A stretch of DNA of 44,166 bases from a virus. Its lineage: Duplodnaviria; Caudoviricetes. The DNA lies in IMG/VR virus record IMGVR_UViG_3300042310_000613, positions 1 through 44,166 of that record; one strand, written 5' to 3'. Under the pieces are notes generated by a model. That model was not told the origin of the DNA. It was given only the letters and a program-made list of their open reading frames with translations, and searched no databases. The position numbers and the translations under genes are program-made. Of this stretch, positions 1-9,376 are shown one piece after another. Within the stretch, counting starts at the first letter, position 1. The number at the start of each line of letters is the position of its first letter.

Positions 1-128
1 CAACTTTTATACAACTAAATACTATAAAAGGGTATGGAATTCCAATCATGGAAAATAATCCAGAGTGGCATCATAAGCAACCAAGCACACAAGAAGAGTA
101 CGAAAAAATAATAAACAGCATTCAATGA
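1..128 (+). CDS. Transketolase-like N-terminal (TPP-binding) subunit, 3' end only
   Basis: Frame from nt 3 reads TFIQLNTIKGYGIPIMENNPEWHHKQP...IQ*, matching the TxKGxG..MEN..WH end of transketolase N subunits. The stop overlaps the next ATG (ATGA). Confidence 0.85.
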   Translation, partial: TFIQLNTIKGYGIPIMENNPEWHHKQPSTQEEYEKIINSIQ

Positions 129-1018
129 GAAAACATACTTATAATTATTTAAATAACTTATTTGAAGAGAACAATAACGTATGTCTTTTGCTTGGAGATA
201 TCGGCGTTTTCTCTTTTCAAAAAAGTTTTCAACACGATAGTTCTAGAATTTATAATTTTGGAATTATGGAGCAAACAATGATTGGAGCTTCATGCGGATT
301 GTCTAAAAGTGGTTTCATACCGTTTGTACATTCAATTGCTCCTTTCATAACAGAAAGATGTTACGAGCAGCTTAAATTAAATTTAGGATATGAAAATGTG
401 AATTGCTTTATTATAAGTGTTGGAAATTCTTATGATTATTCTGCTTTAGGTTGTACACACCACTGTTCTAATGATTTAAGAATAGTTTCTTCTATTCCAA
501 ATTTTAAAACATTTTGCCCAGGAAATAGCGAAGACGTTAAAAGGATTATCAATTTAACTATAAATGATAAATGCCCAAAATATATTCGCCTTTCTGAAGT
601 TGAAAACAATCTTAATTCCATAAAAGAAAAATACGAAGATCTTGATATTTTGCATTTAAATAAAAATGGAGTTTGTATTGTTGTAGGAAACTCAATCAAA
701 GACTTGGTTTCATTTATTAATTTAAAACCAAATTATACAATATTATATACTTATAATATTTCCGAATTTAATATCGACAAGCTTAACAATATAATAAAAC
801 AAAATCAAATAAATAAAAAAATAACTATAATAGAACCATGTTCTGATTCTGGTATTGTATCAAAAATAGCCACATCTATTAAAAATATAGAATCTTTAAC
901 TTCTATTTCTATACCCAAAATATTTATAGAAAAATATGGAAACAGAAAAGACATAGATAAAATATTAGAGCTTGATGACGAATCAATAATTAAAAATTTA
1001 TCAAAAACATATGGCTAA
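125..1018 (+). CDS. Transketolase-like C-terminal (pyrimidine-binding) subunit
   Basis: NFGIMEQTMIG, PFITERCYEQ, LGCTHH and YIRL motifs. Confidence 0.9.
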   Translation: MRKHTYNYLNNLFEENNNVCLLLGDIGVFSFQKSFQHDSSRIYNFGIMEQTMIGASCGLSKSGFIPFVHSIAPFITERCYEQLKLNLGYENVNCFIISVGNSYDYSALGCTHHCSNDLRIVSSIPNFKTFCPGNSEDVKRIINLTINDKCPKYIRLSEVENNLNSIKEKYEDLDILHLNKNGVCIVVGNSIKDLVSFINLKPNYTILYTYNISEFNIDKLNNIIKQNQINKKITIIEPCSDSGIVSKIATSIKNIESLTSISIPKIFIEKYGNRKDIDKILELDDESIIKNLSKTYG

Positions 1019-1172
1019 ATCATCCATTCATCTACTAAAAGAATACGTTAATAATAAAAAGAAAACTATATTTGAAATTAAAACTCTTTTAAATGAAAAA
1101 AATTTCTTTTTAAAAACGCAAATAAATCTATTTAATAATGTTCATGGAGACGCTATTTTTATAAAAAAATGA
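1011..1172 (+). pseudogene. 53-aa ORF resembling the C-terminal end of an FkbM-family methyltransferase (possible remnant)
   Basis: MAKSSIHLLKEYVNNKKKTIFEIKTLLNEKNFFLKTQINLFNNVHGDAIFIKK*. It overlaps both neighbours, and the ...GDAIFIK end resembles FkbM termini. Confidence 0.4.
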
Positions 1173-2113
1173 ATATAAGTAAATTTGATAATCTTTACAA
1201 TAAAAAGATCTTAATTACAGGGGCCACTGGAATTGTTGGTTTTAATTTATGTAAAGAATTAAAAAAAATACCCTGTGAAATTCATATTAATTATCTAAAT
1301 GATTTAGATATTAATTTCAAAGAATTAGATGATTCTATCACTCATCATCAATTCGACATAACAAATATAGAAAAAATTAATAGTTTACCACAATTTGATA
1401 TTATATTTCATTGCTCTGGATACGGTCAACCTTTAAAATTTACCACTGATCCAGAAAAAACATTTTTATTAAATACTCTGTCTTTATCTCATTTGTTAGA
1501 TAAAGTTCAAGAAAACGGAAGTTTTGTATTTTTGAGTACCAGCGAAATATACGCTGAATCACAAGAAAATAATGAAGAATGTAAAATAACTATAAATCCG
1601 TCTAATTCTAGAAATTGTTATATTCTTAGCAAGTTGTTTGGAGAAACAATGCTTTCATTAACTTCAAAAAAAATAAATCATAAAATAATTAGACTTTGTT
1701 TATGTTATGGACCTGGATTTAAAAATAGCGACAAAAGAGTTTTATCTGAGTTTATAATGAAAGGTGTAGATAAAAAAGAAATAACTTTAATGGATGATGG
1801 ATCAGATATTAGAAGTTATATTTACATTGATGATTGTATAGAAGGTATTCTAAATATTCTTTTAGAAGGCAAATATAAACTTTACAATATAGGTGGAAAA
1901 GACTTATTAACAATTTATAATCTTGCTGAAACAGTCGGAAAAGCTTCAAACGCAACAGTAAAAGTTGGAGATAAAAAGAATAAATTAAAGAACAGTCCAA
2001 ATAAAGCTTATGTTGATATTACTAGATACGAATCTGAATTTGGTATTTTGAACAAAACGAATCTCTATAACGGTATAAAAAAATGTGTAGAATGGTACAA
2101 TAATTATGAATAA
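1169..2113 (+). CDS. NAD-dependent epimerase/dehydratase (UDP-glucuronate decarboxylase-like extended SDR)
   Basis: ITGATGIVG Rossmann motif, STSEIY, YILSK catalytic YxxxK, YGPG, RSYIYIDD. Confidence 0.9.
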   Translation: MNISKFDNLYNKKILITGATGIVGFNLCKELKKIPCEIHINYLNDLDINFKELDDSITHHQFDITNIEKINSLPQFDIIFHCSGYGQPLKFTTDPEKTFLLNTLSLSHLLDKVQENGSFVFLSTSEIYAESQENNEECKITINPSNSRNCYILSKLFGETMLSLTSKKINHKIIRLCLCYGPGFKNSDKRVLSEFIMKGVDKKEITLMDDGSDIRSYIYIDDCIEGILNILLEGKYKLYNIGGKDLLTIYNLAETVGKASNATVKVGDKKNKLKNSPNKAYVDITRYESEFGILNKTNLYNGIKKCVEWYNNYE

Positions 2114-3017
2114 AGTCACAGTTCAAGACATTCAATCAAGATATTCTCATCAAATTAATGAAAAGCTAGTTGACAAAATTAATAAATCAGAATTACTATA
2201 TGAACCATTAAATTCTACAGAATTTTATGATTATGTAATTAATTATATCAATGTTTTGTCTTCAAACCTTATTAGGGCTGGAGAAAGCCGCATTTCTCAT
2301 TGGGAAACTGGATGGAAAGAAAACCTAGAAGAATTCAAGAAAACTCTGAATCCAAATTCTTTAATTCCAAAATATCATAAAAAAAATAACATAGCCAGAT
2401 TAAACAGGCAAATAATTAAAACTCATTCTAAAGATTTTGACTATTATTTGCACTCTTTCTTTGTCGATGGCTTGCTGCTTAAATATATTCCTGATTATGA
2501 TAAGATTTTTGAATTTGGATGTGGAACTGGATATCACCTGTTTAGATTGAACGAGTATTTTTCAAATAAAACATATTTCGGTGGAGACTGGAGCATTGCC
2601 TCTCAAAACAATATTAAAGAATGCGCCGAAGCTTTAAAAATAAATAATATACAAGGTTTTAACTTTAATTATTTTTCTCCGGATTATTCAATTGATGTCA
2701 AGGATTCTTTAATTTATACGGTTGCTTCTTTAGAACAAATTGGAGAAAATCATGATAAAGTTATTAAATTCTTTTTAGATAAAAAACCTGGATTATGCAT
2801 TCATTTCGAACCAATACATGAAGTTTTAGAAGAAGATAATCTCCTTGATTATCTAACTATTCAATATTTTAACAAAAGAAATTATCTAAAAAATTATCTT
2901 ACAACTCTTAGAGATTTAGAGGCTCAGGGGAAAATTGAAATTTTAGATACTAGAAGATTATATTATGGCAGTAAATTTATAGAAGGTCATACAGTAATTA
3001 TATGGAAACCAATTTAA
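2106..3017 (+). CDS. Class I SAM-dependent methyltransferase
   Basis: IFEFGCGTG motif I and GGDWS motif II; lies in a sugar cluster. Confidence 0.75.
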   Translation: MNKVTVQDIQSRYSHQINEKLVDKINKSELLYEPLNSTEFYDYVINYINVLSSNLIRAGESRISHWETGWKENLEEFKKTLNPNSLIPKYHKKNNIARLNRQIIKTHSKDFDYYLHSFFVDGLLLKYIPDYDKIFEFGCGTGYHLFRLNEYFSNKTYFGGDWSIASQNNIKECAEALKINNIQGFNFNYFSPDYSIDVKDSLIYTVASLEQIGENHDKVIKFFLDKKPGLCIHFEPIHEVLEEDNLLDYLTIQYFNKRNYLKNYLTTLRDLEAQGKIEILDTRRLYYGSKFIEGHTVIIWKPI

Positions 3018-3493
3018 TGAGCCTAAAAGACATAAAAGAAATAACTTTTGATAGCTACCAAGATTTTAGAGGTGAAATTTTCACTACTTATAAAAATTCT
3101 TTTGATAATAAAAAATTTGAACACGATAAGATTTGTATTAGATATAAAGATTGCCTAGTTGGTATTCATGGAGATTTTAATACTTGGAAGCTTGTATCTT
3201 GTTTATATGGAAGAGTTTATGCTGTTTTTGTAGACAATAGACCTGAATCTCAAGACTATAATAAACACAAAACAACAATTTTAAGCAATGAAAATAAAAA
3301 AGCTATACTTCTTCCTCCTGGAATAGGCAATAGTTTTTATGTTTTATCGGATGTTTGTGTATATAATTATAAGTTATCCTATACTGGTGATTATACTGAT
3401 TGTGACAAACAGTTCACGCTTAGATGGAATGACCCTAAATATAATATTCATTGGCCCTCAAACAGTCCGATTTTAAGCGAGAGAGATAAATGA
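3017..3493 (+). CDS. rmlC: dTDP-4-dehydrorhamnose 3,5-epimerase family (cupin)
   Basis: DFRG, GIHG, KLVSC..G, VDNRPES, LPPGIGN, WNDP...WP...LSERD. Start placed at ATG 3017, overlapping the upstream TAA. Confidence 0.85.
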   Translation: MSLKDIKEITFDSYQDFRGEIFTTYKNSFDNKKFEHDKICIRYKDCLVGIHGDFNTWKLVSCLYGRVYAVFVDNRPESQDYNKHKTTILSNENKKAILLPPGIGNSFYVLSDVCVYNYKLSYTGDYTDCDKQFTLRWNDPKYNIHWPSNSPILSERDK

Positions 3494-3612
3494 AATATAA
3501 AAAAGAATTACCCAGTAATTTAAAATTCAAATTTAATAATTCTTTCTTTAAATAAATTTAAAAATAAAATACCTTAGAATATACATATCAATTCTATAAA
3601 ATACCATAATAC

Positions 3613-4668
3613 ATGAAAATTATAATCACTGGAATTTTAGGGCAAGACGGATCTAACATGGTTGAATATCTTTTGAAAGAAACTGATGCAAAAATCTTTG
3701 GAATGATTAGGCGGACATCAAATCCAAATTTTATTAATTGTCAAGTTTTTATTAAAAATGAAAGATTTCAGTTAGTTTATGGCGATTTATCTGATAGCGT
3801 TAGTTTAGATAATCTTGTAAGAGATATTCAGCCTGATTATTTTATTAATTTTGCAGCACAAAGCTTTGTTGGATGCAGTTGGGAAATTCCTCTTCAAACA
3901 TTTGATGTCAATGCGACTGGAGTAGCTAGATGTCTTGAAGCTATTCGTCGTTTTCAACCAAAGTGTCGTTTTTATTCTGCTGGATCTAGCGAAGAATTCG
4001 GAGATGTGCAATATAGCCCACAAGACATTCTACATCCAGTAAGGCCAAGAAGTCCATACGGCGCAAGCAAAGCTGCTGCTCGACATCTAGTGAAGGTTTA
4101 TCGCGAGTCTTATAATTTATATGCTGTTCATAGTATTCTTTTTAATCATGAAGGAACTAAACGTGGAGAAGAATTTGTAACTAGAAAAATTAGTAAAAAT
4201 GTTGCTCGTATTTATCATGCAATTAAAAATAACCAATCATTTGCTCCGATTGAACTTGGAAATTTAGATGCAAAAAGAGATTGGTCTGACTCTGAAGATT
4301 TTGTTGAAGGCGTGTGGAGAATTATGAACCAAGACAAGCCTAAAGATTATGTTCTTTCAAGCAATGAAACGCACACAATCAGAGAATTCATAAATAAATC
4401 TTTTCTTTGCGCTGGAATCGAAGGCGTTTGGCACGGGCATGGACAAGAAGAACAGATGAGCGTATCTACTGAATATGCAATTAAAAATGAAATTCAATCA
4501 TCAATTTTAGTTAAAATTAATCCTAAATTTTATAGACCCGCTGAAGTCGAGCTTCTTTTAGGAGACTCAACTCCAGCCAGACAAGAATTAGGTTGGAAAC
4601 CAAAAATTTCCTTTGACAACCTCGTAGAACGTATGGTAAAGTATGACATAGATAATTTTAAAATCTAG
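3613..4668 (+). CDS. gmd: GDP-mannose 4,6-dehydratase
   Basis: ITGILGQDGS, AAQSFV, PRSPYGASK, ILFNHE, FVTRKI, LGNLDAKRDW, RPAEV. Confidence 0.95.
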   Translation: MKIIITGILGQDGSNMVEYLLKETDAKIFGMIRRTSNPNFINCQVFIKNERFQLVYGDLSDSVSLDNLVRDIQPDYFINFAAQSFVGCSWEIPLQTFDVNATGVARCLEAIRRFQPKCRFYSAGSSEEFGDVQYSPQDILHPVRPRSPYGASKAAARHLVKVYRESYNLYAVHSILFNHEGTKRGEEFVTRKISKNVARIYHAIKNNQSFAPIELGNLDAKRDWSDSEDFVEGVWRIMNQDKPKDYVLSSNETHTIREFINKSFLCAGIEGVWHGHGQEEQMSVSTEYAIKNEIQSSILVKINPKFYRPAEVELLLGDSTPARQELGWKPKISFDNLVERMVKYDIDNFKI

Positions 4669-4686
4669 TGTATAATACTCTTTACC

Positions 4687-6669
4687 ATGAGTGATAATTT
4701 AAATATTCTTTCGCCATCTTTTCTCGCCAAATATAAAAATAAGCAACCCAACTGGGGTTTTAATGGACTTGGATATATAGTATACAAGAGAACGTATGCT
4801 CGTTTAAAAGAAGATGGAACCACTGAAGAGTGGAATGAAACCGTAGAACGTTGTATTAATGGCGCACAAAAGATTGGCGCACAATACACTCCAGAAGAAG
4901 CAGAACGTATTTATGATTATGTTTTTAATCTTAAGTGCAATTTTGCTGGTCGAATGCTCTGGCAGCTTGGAACTTCTACTGTAGATCGTTTTGGCGCAAA
5001 TTCTCTACTCAACTGCTGGGCTACAGCAATGCGTGAGCCAAAGGCATTTCTTTTTCTTTTTGAAAATCTAATGCTTGGCGGCGGAGTTGGTTACAGCATT
5101 CGTCGCGAAGATGTCCATGAACTTCCAAAGATTAAGAAAGGTGTAACTGTCATTCATGAAGCAACTAAAGACGCTGATTATATTGTTCCAGATAAACGCG
5201 AAGGTTGGGTTAATCTACTTTCAAAGGTATTGGATGCTTTTTACGTTACAGGTAAATCGTTTTCGTACTCTACTATCCTCATCAGAGGTTACGGCGAGCC
5301 AATCAAGGGCTTTGGCGGAAAAGCTAGTGGCCCACAAATCCTTATTGACGGAATCGATAAGATCACAAAAATCTTCCAAGCTCGCGAAAGCAAAAAGCTT
5401 CGCTCAATTGATGTGCTGGATATCTGCAATATTATTGGCAGCATTGTTGTCGCTGGCAATGTACGTCGCAGTGCAGAAATCGCTCTAGGCGATCCTGACG
5501 ATATTCTTTATCTTCGCGCCAAAAACTGGGGTTCAGGCAACGTTCCAAACTGGCGAGCAATGAGCAATAATACTATCTATGCAGATAGTTATGATCATGT
5601 TCTTGAAGAGATCTGGAAGAATGGCTATGAAATCAACAAGGACACTGGCTATGCAAATGGTGAGCCTTATGGATTCTTTAATCTTCCTCTTTCTCAAAAG
5701 TTTGGACGCATTAAAGATGGCCCAATTTCAGAGAATTTTATGTATCCAACAGATACAGATAATTGTGAAATGACTAATCCTTGTGCTGAAATTAGTCTTT
5801 CAAATTATGAATGTTGCAATCTTTCAGAACTGTATCTAAACAATATCACTTCTAAAGAAGAACTAATTGACTGCGCTCAACTTCTTTATAAGACTCAAAA
5901 AGCTATCGCCTCCCTACCCTTCATTCATGAAGAAACTAATCGAATCGTTCATAAGAATATGCGTCTTGGTCTTGGCGTTACTGGTGTTTGCCAGTCTCTT
6001 GATAAGCTTGATTGGCTTGATGACTGTTACATTTCTTTACGCAAGTTTGACAAAGAGTGGAGCGCAAAGCGTGGATGGTCAGAAAGTATTAAACTTACAA
6101 CAGTGAAGCCTAGTGGTACATTGAGTTTGCTTGGTGGAGCTACTCCCGGTGTTCATCCTGCCTTCAGTCAGTATTATATGCGCACAGTTCGCATGTCTAG
6201 CTCTGACGCTTTAGTTCAAATCTGTAAAGATATGGGATATCATGTTGAATTCCTTATCAACTTTGATGGAACTGAAAATCGCGATACTGTCGTAGTTTAT
6301 TTTCCATGTAAGACCCCAGAAGGCTCTATCCTAACTAAGGATATGGATGTAATTAAGCAGCTTGATATGGTTAAGAAACTTCAAACAATCTGGTCTGATA
6401 ACGCTGTCTCTGTCACTGCTTATTATAAACCAGAAGAACTTGATGCTCTAAAGATTTGGCTAAAAGATAATTATGAACACAATATAAAGAGCGTCAGCTT
6501 CCTTCTTTTTAAGGATCATGGTTTTAAGCAAGCTCCATATCAAGAAATCGACGAAGCTACTTATCTAGCTGCAAGTGCTAAAGTTAAGCCTCTTACTAGC
6601 ATCTCTACCGGCAATACAGAGATGCTAGATATGTCTGAATGTGCTGGCGGTGCATGTCCAATTCGATAA
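4687..6669 (+). CDS. nrdJ: Class II (adenosylcobalamin-dependent) monomeric ribonucleoside-triphosphate reductase
   Basis: YKRTYAR, GRMLW, LLNCW, VVAGNVRRSAEI, TNPCAEI, TTVKPSGT, and C-terminal CAGGACPIR redox cysteine pair. No intein seen. Confidence 0.95.
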   Translation: MSDNLNILSPSFLAKYKNKQPNWGFNGLGYIVYKRTYARLKEDGTTEEWNETVERCINGAQKIGAQYTPEEAERIYDYVFNLKCNFAGRMLWQLGTSTVDRFGANSLLNCWATAMREPKAFLFLFENLMLGGGVGYSIRREDVHELPKIKKGVTVIHEATKDADYIVPDKREGWVNLLSKVLDAFYVTGKSFSYSTILIRGYGEPIKGFGGKASGPQILIDGIDKITKIFQARESKKLRSIDVLDICNIIGSIVVAGNVRRSAEIALGDPDDILYLRAKNWGSGNVPNWRAMSNNTIYADSYDHVLEEIWKNGYEINKDTGYANGEPYGFFNLPLSQKFGRIKDGPISENFMYPTDTDNCEMTNPCAEISLSNYECCNLSELYLNNITSKEELIDCAQLLYKTQKAIASLPFIHEETNRIVHKNMRLGLGVTGVCQSLDKLDWLDDCYISLRKFDKEWSAKRGWSESIKLTTVKPSGTLSLLGGATPGVHPAFSQYYMRTVRMSSSDALVQICKDMGYHVEFLINFDGTENRDTVVVYFPCKTPEGSILTKDMDVIKQLDMVKKLQTIWSDNAVSVTAYYKPEELDALKIWLKDNYEHNIKSVSFLLFKDHGFKQAPYQEIDEATYLAASAKVKPLTSISTGNTEMLDMSECAGGACPIR

Positions 6670-6717
6670 AAGTTGAAAAACATTTTTGCAAATATAACAT
6701 AAACTACATATACAAAT

Positions 6718-6834
6718 ATGAGCAAGACTACAGTAAAGACACTTAATAAGACTGCCACCGCTTCAGTTAAGACTGCAAAGCCACTTAACAAGCCAGCCGC
6801 TCCAGCAAAGCCAAGTGGTGGCAAGAAGAAGTAA
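6718..6834 (+). CDS. 38-aa Lys/Ala/Pro/Thr-rich basic peptide (histone H1-tail-like composition)
   Basis: MSKTTVKTLNKTATASVKTAKPLNKPAAPAKPSGGKKK*. It fills the gap after nrdJ and is followed by a terminator; it is below the ORF-track cutoff. Confidence 0.7.
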   Translation: MSKTTVKTLNKTATASVKTAKPLNKPAAPAKPSGGKKK

Positions 6835-6855
6835 TTTTAAATATAAATAACGAAA

Positions 6856-6887
6856 AAAGCCGCTGTAAAAAGCGGCTTTACTTTTTT
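6856..6887 (+). terminator. Intrinsic terminator
   Basis: AAAGCCGCT-gtaaaa-AGCGGCTTT hairpin followed by a T-rich tract. Confidence 0.8.
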
Positions 6888-6905
6888 CCATATACATGTA
6901 AAATA

Positions 6906-6911
6906 GTGTAA
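6906..6911 (+). promoter_or_regulatory. GTGTAA motif (candidate phage late promoter)
   Basis: Begins 14 nt before ATG 6920, just after a terminator; recurs at the same spacing elsewhere. Confidence 0.6.
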
Positions 6912-6919
6912 TTTAAAAT

Positions 6920-7390
6920 ATGAATATAATCGTGGACCTAAGTCAGCTTATTGCCAAAAAAAGACAAGGACCAAAAAGTTCTGCTCAAACCCCAGCAAAG
7001 CCAGATGAACGTAAAAAAGGTTCTAATATAAACGAACCTGGATCTGCTGGCACATCTCCTGATGCTAAAGAAAGAGCTAAAGAAGTATTAAAGAAAAAAG
7101 ATGAAAAGCAATTAGTCAGTAAAGCTGAAATAACTTTTAGTGAAAAAGTAATAAATGCTTTAAAAGAAAAAGTTAAAAACCATAATGCTAAACACTCTAA
7201 GAAAGTAACTCTAGGTCAATTAAAGAAAGTTTATAGAAGAGGTTTGGGAGCTTTCAGTTCAAGCCACAGACCTGGAATATCTAGAGCAGCTTGGGGTATG
7301 GCAAGAGTGCGACAATTTCTTAAAATGGCTGCTGGCGGAAAAGTCAAAGACGCTTATCGTCGCGCAGATCAAGATATAGCTAACTCATAA
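6920..7390 (+). CDS. Basic hypothetical protein, DUF5824-like C-terminal domain
   Basis: LKKVYRRGLGAFSSSHRPG...WGMARV resembles a domain of large DNA viruses (family name from recall). Confidence 0.6.
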   Translation: MNIIVDLSQLIAKKRQGPKSSAQTPAKPDERKKGSNINEPGSAGTSPDAKERAKEVLKKKDEKQLVSKAEITFSEKVINALKEKVKNHNAKHSKKVTLGQLKKVYRRGLGAFSSSHRPGISRAAWGMARVRQFLKMAAGGKVKDAYRRADQDIANS

Positions 7391-7391
7391 T

Positions 7392-7529
7392 ATGAACGAT
7401 AAAATCATAGATATTTATTCTTTTAATGATTTTGAAGATTCTGATTTTAACGAAGCTCTTTCTGATCTTAAACAATTTGGTGTAAATGAAGATGAATTAA
7501 ATCTTAATTTTATTAACTTAGAAGATTAA
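7392..7529 (+). CDS. 45-aa acidic hypothetical protein
   Basis: MNDKIIDIYSFNDFEDSDFNEALSDLKQFGVNEDELNLNFINLED*; exactly fills the gap, with 1-nt spacers on each side. Confidence 0.7.
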   Translation: MNDKIIDIYSFNDFEDSDFNEALSDLKQFGVNEDELNLNFINLED

Positions 7530-7530
7530 A

Positions 7531-7896
7531 ATGAATATCGTAACCAAATTATTAACTTACCAGAATCAAGTTAAGATTTTTCACTGGCAGACCACTTCTT
7601 ATTCCGAACATAAAACTCTTGATGGATTATATGGAGATCTATCAGGACATATTGACGAATTCGTTGAAACTTTCATGGGTAAGTATGGAAGAATAATGGC
7701 ACAAACTAATTTTAATCTAACCTTAGAGAATTATAAGAATATGGCTCCTATGGTTTTAATGGTTGATATGGAGAATTATTTGATCAACGAATTACCAACA
7801 ATGCTTGACGCAAAGAAAGATACAGATCTCTTAAATATAAGAGATGAAATACTAGCCTCTGTAAATCAAACTAAATATTTACTAACTCTTAAGTAA
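7531..7896 (+). CDS. Ferritin/Dps-like four-helix protein (DUF5856-like)
   Basis: FHWQT.SYSEHK.LD.LY....IDEFVE resembles Dps HW...H...D..AE iron ligands. Confidence 0.75.
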   Translation: MNIVTKLLTYQNQVKIFHWQTTSYSEHKTLDGLYGDLSGHIDEFVETFMGKYGRIMAQTNFNLTLENYKNMAPMVLMVDMENYLINELPTMLDAKKDTDLLNIRDEILASVNQTKYLLTLK

Positions 7897-7902
7897 TTTA
7901 AA

Positions 7903-8769
7903 ATGAATATATCAGTTAATCTTAGCAACGAAATTCGTGCTTCTAAAGATAAGAAAACTTTAAATAAGCCTTTTAGAACTTCAAAAGGCCCAAAGAAATT
8001 TTCTGTTTACGTTAAAAATGAAAAAGGTAATATTGTTAAAGTTAATTTTGGCGATCCAAACATGGAGATCAAGCGTGATGATCCCGGTCGTAGAAAAAAC
8101 TTTCGCGCTCGTCATCAATGCGACACGAATCCCGGCCCTCGTTGGAAAGCTAGATATTGGTCTTGTAAGATGTGGGAATCTAAGAAGTCAGTAACTGATT
8201 ATACCTCTAAAGGTGGAGTCGATGATGTTGTTCATCAATGGGACGGCATTACTCTTTGGGAAGAGTCTGATCTTTTAAAAGTAGCTCCTCATTTAGCTCA
8301 AGCTCAAGAAATCACAGAAGAAATCGAAACTGAATCCGAAGATGTAAATGAAGAAGCTGCCGAAATGGCAATAGCACAATTGGCTTACATTTCAGACTAT
8401 TCTAAAGATTTACTAGATAAACTCCGCGCAAATCCGAAGATGTCTGAAGAGATTGAACCTTGGGTTCAAAGCAAGATTACTTTAATGGAGGATTACTTAT
8501 TTGCTGTATATAATTATCTTGTTTATTCTCAAGAATCAGAAAATGAAAACGAGAAACAAGTCATGGAAGCTGGTATGAGAATTTTGAATATCAATCCTTC
8601 ATGCAAACATTATAATAGTGAAGGCATTATTAAAGAAATCAAAGATCTTCCAAACGATATGGGCAAAATAGTTGCTTACGAAGTTCTTAATGATGGAAAC
8701 AACTTTAAAAAAGGTGACATTTTAACAAAAACAATAGATCAAATTAAAATCCTAGAAGGTAACAAATAA
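7903..8769 (+). CDS. Hypothetical protein with basic N-terminal domain and acidic C-terminal region
   Basis: KKFSVYVKN..GNIVKVNFGD...RRKNFRARHQC...ARYWSC is a motif typical of large-phage hypothetical proteins. Confidence 0.7.
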   Translation: MNISVNLSNEIRASKDKKTLNKPFRTSKGPKKFSVYVKNEKGNIVKVNFGDPNMEIKRDDPGRRKNFRARHQCDTNPGPRWKARYWSCKMWESKKSVTDYTSKGGVDDVVHQWDGITLWEESDLLKVAPHLAQAQEITEEIETESEDVNEEAAEMAIAQLAYISDYSKDLLDKLRANPKMSEEIEPWVQSKITLMEDYLFAVYNYLVYSQESENENEKQVMEAGMRILNINPSCKHYNSEGIIKEIKDLPNDMGKIVAYEVLNDGNNFKKGDILTKTIDQIKILEGNK

Positions 8770-8770
8770 T

Positions 8771-9301
8771 ATGAAATCAAATTTAAAATTCGACAGTAAA
8801 AATTTTATCGCTGAAGTCTCCATCTCTAATATGATGGAAGATGATGAAATGGAAATGCATAGCGAATATATGAGCGAGTGTATGCTCAAAGATGAATCTT
8901 TGATCAATACCGCTGGTATGTCTACAAGTGACGCTAAGTATATGTGCGGCATGTCATACATGAAAAATCGCCCAATGCTTAATGAGATGGCAGGTCAATT
9001 GACCGAAAAACAAAAAACCCTTCCTCCCGCTCTTCAAAAAGCTATTCTAAAAAGAATGAGCAAGAAAGGGAATTTGAATGAAGAAGGAAAGAAAGAAGCT
9101 GGAGAAGCTCCTGAAAATGAAAAAGCTGAAGCCGCACAAATCGCTGTTTTCCCTGAAACACCCGCTCCCCCTACTGGTAATATCACTCCTGATGCAACTA
9201 TCGAAGGATTAAAAATTGATGAAAAATTAAAAAAAGAGCAAGAAGCCGCAGCCCCAAATAATCCCGGTTTACAAAGTCCGACGTTCAATCCAAAAGCCTA
9301 A
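8771..9301 (+). CDS. Met/Glu-rich hypothetical protein
   Basis: 176-aa ORF closely coupled to the previous gene and followed by a terminator. Confidence 0.75.
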   Translation: MKSNLKFDSKNFIAEVSISNMMEDDEMEMHSEYMSECMLKDESLINTAGMSTSDAKYMCGMSYMKNRPMLNEMAGQLTEKQKTLPPALQKAILKRMSKKGNLNEEGKKEAGEAPENEKAEAAQIAVFPETPAPPTGNITPDATIEGLKIDEKLKKEQEAAAPNNPGLQSPTFNPKA

Positions 9302-9308
9302 TTTAAAT

Positions 9309-9336
9309 AAAACCGCTGGGAAACCAGCGGTTTTTT
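9309..9336 (+). terminator. Intrinsic terminator
   Basis: AAAACCGCTGG-gaaa-CCAGCGGTTTTTT. Confidence 0.9.
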
Positions 9337-9340
9337 GCTA

Positions 9341-9368
9341 TTGACATCTTGAGTTTTTCTGTTACTCT
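9341..9368 (+). promoter_or_regulatory. Sigma70-like promoter for the replication block
   Basis: TTGACA-N16-TACTCT with TGn extension; ATG follows 8 nt after the -10. Confidence 0.7.
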
Positions 9369-9376
9369 CAAAACAG

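Noticed and set aside
3490-3612. Short ORF or structured RNA in the AT-rich gap before gmd
   Set aside because: Only a peptide of about 21 aa and low-complexity A/T sequence, with no convincing stem or motif.
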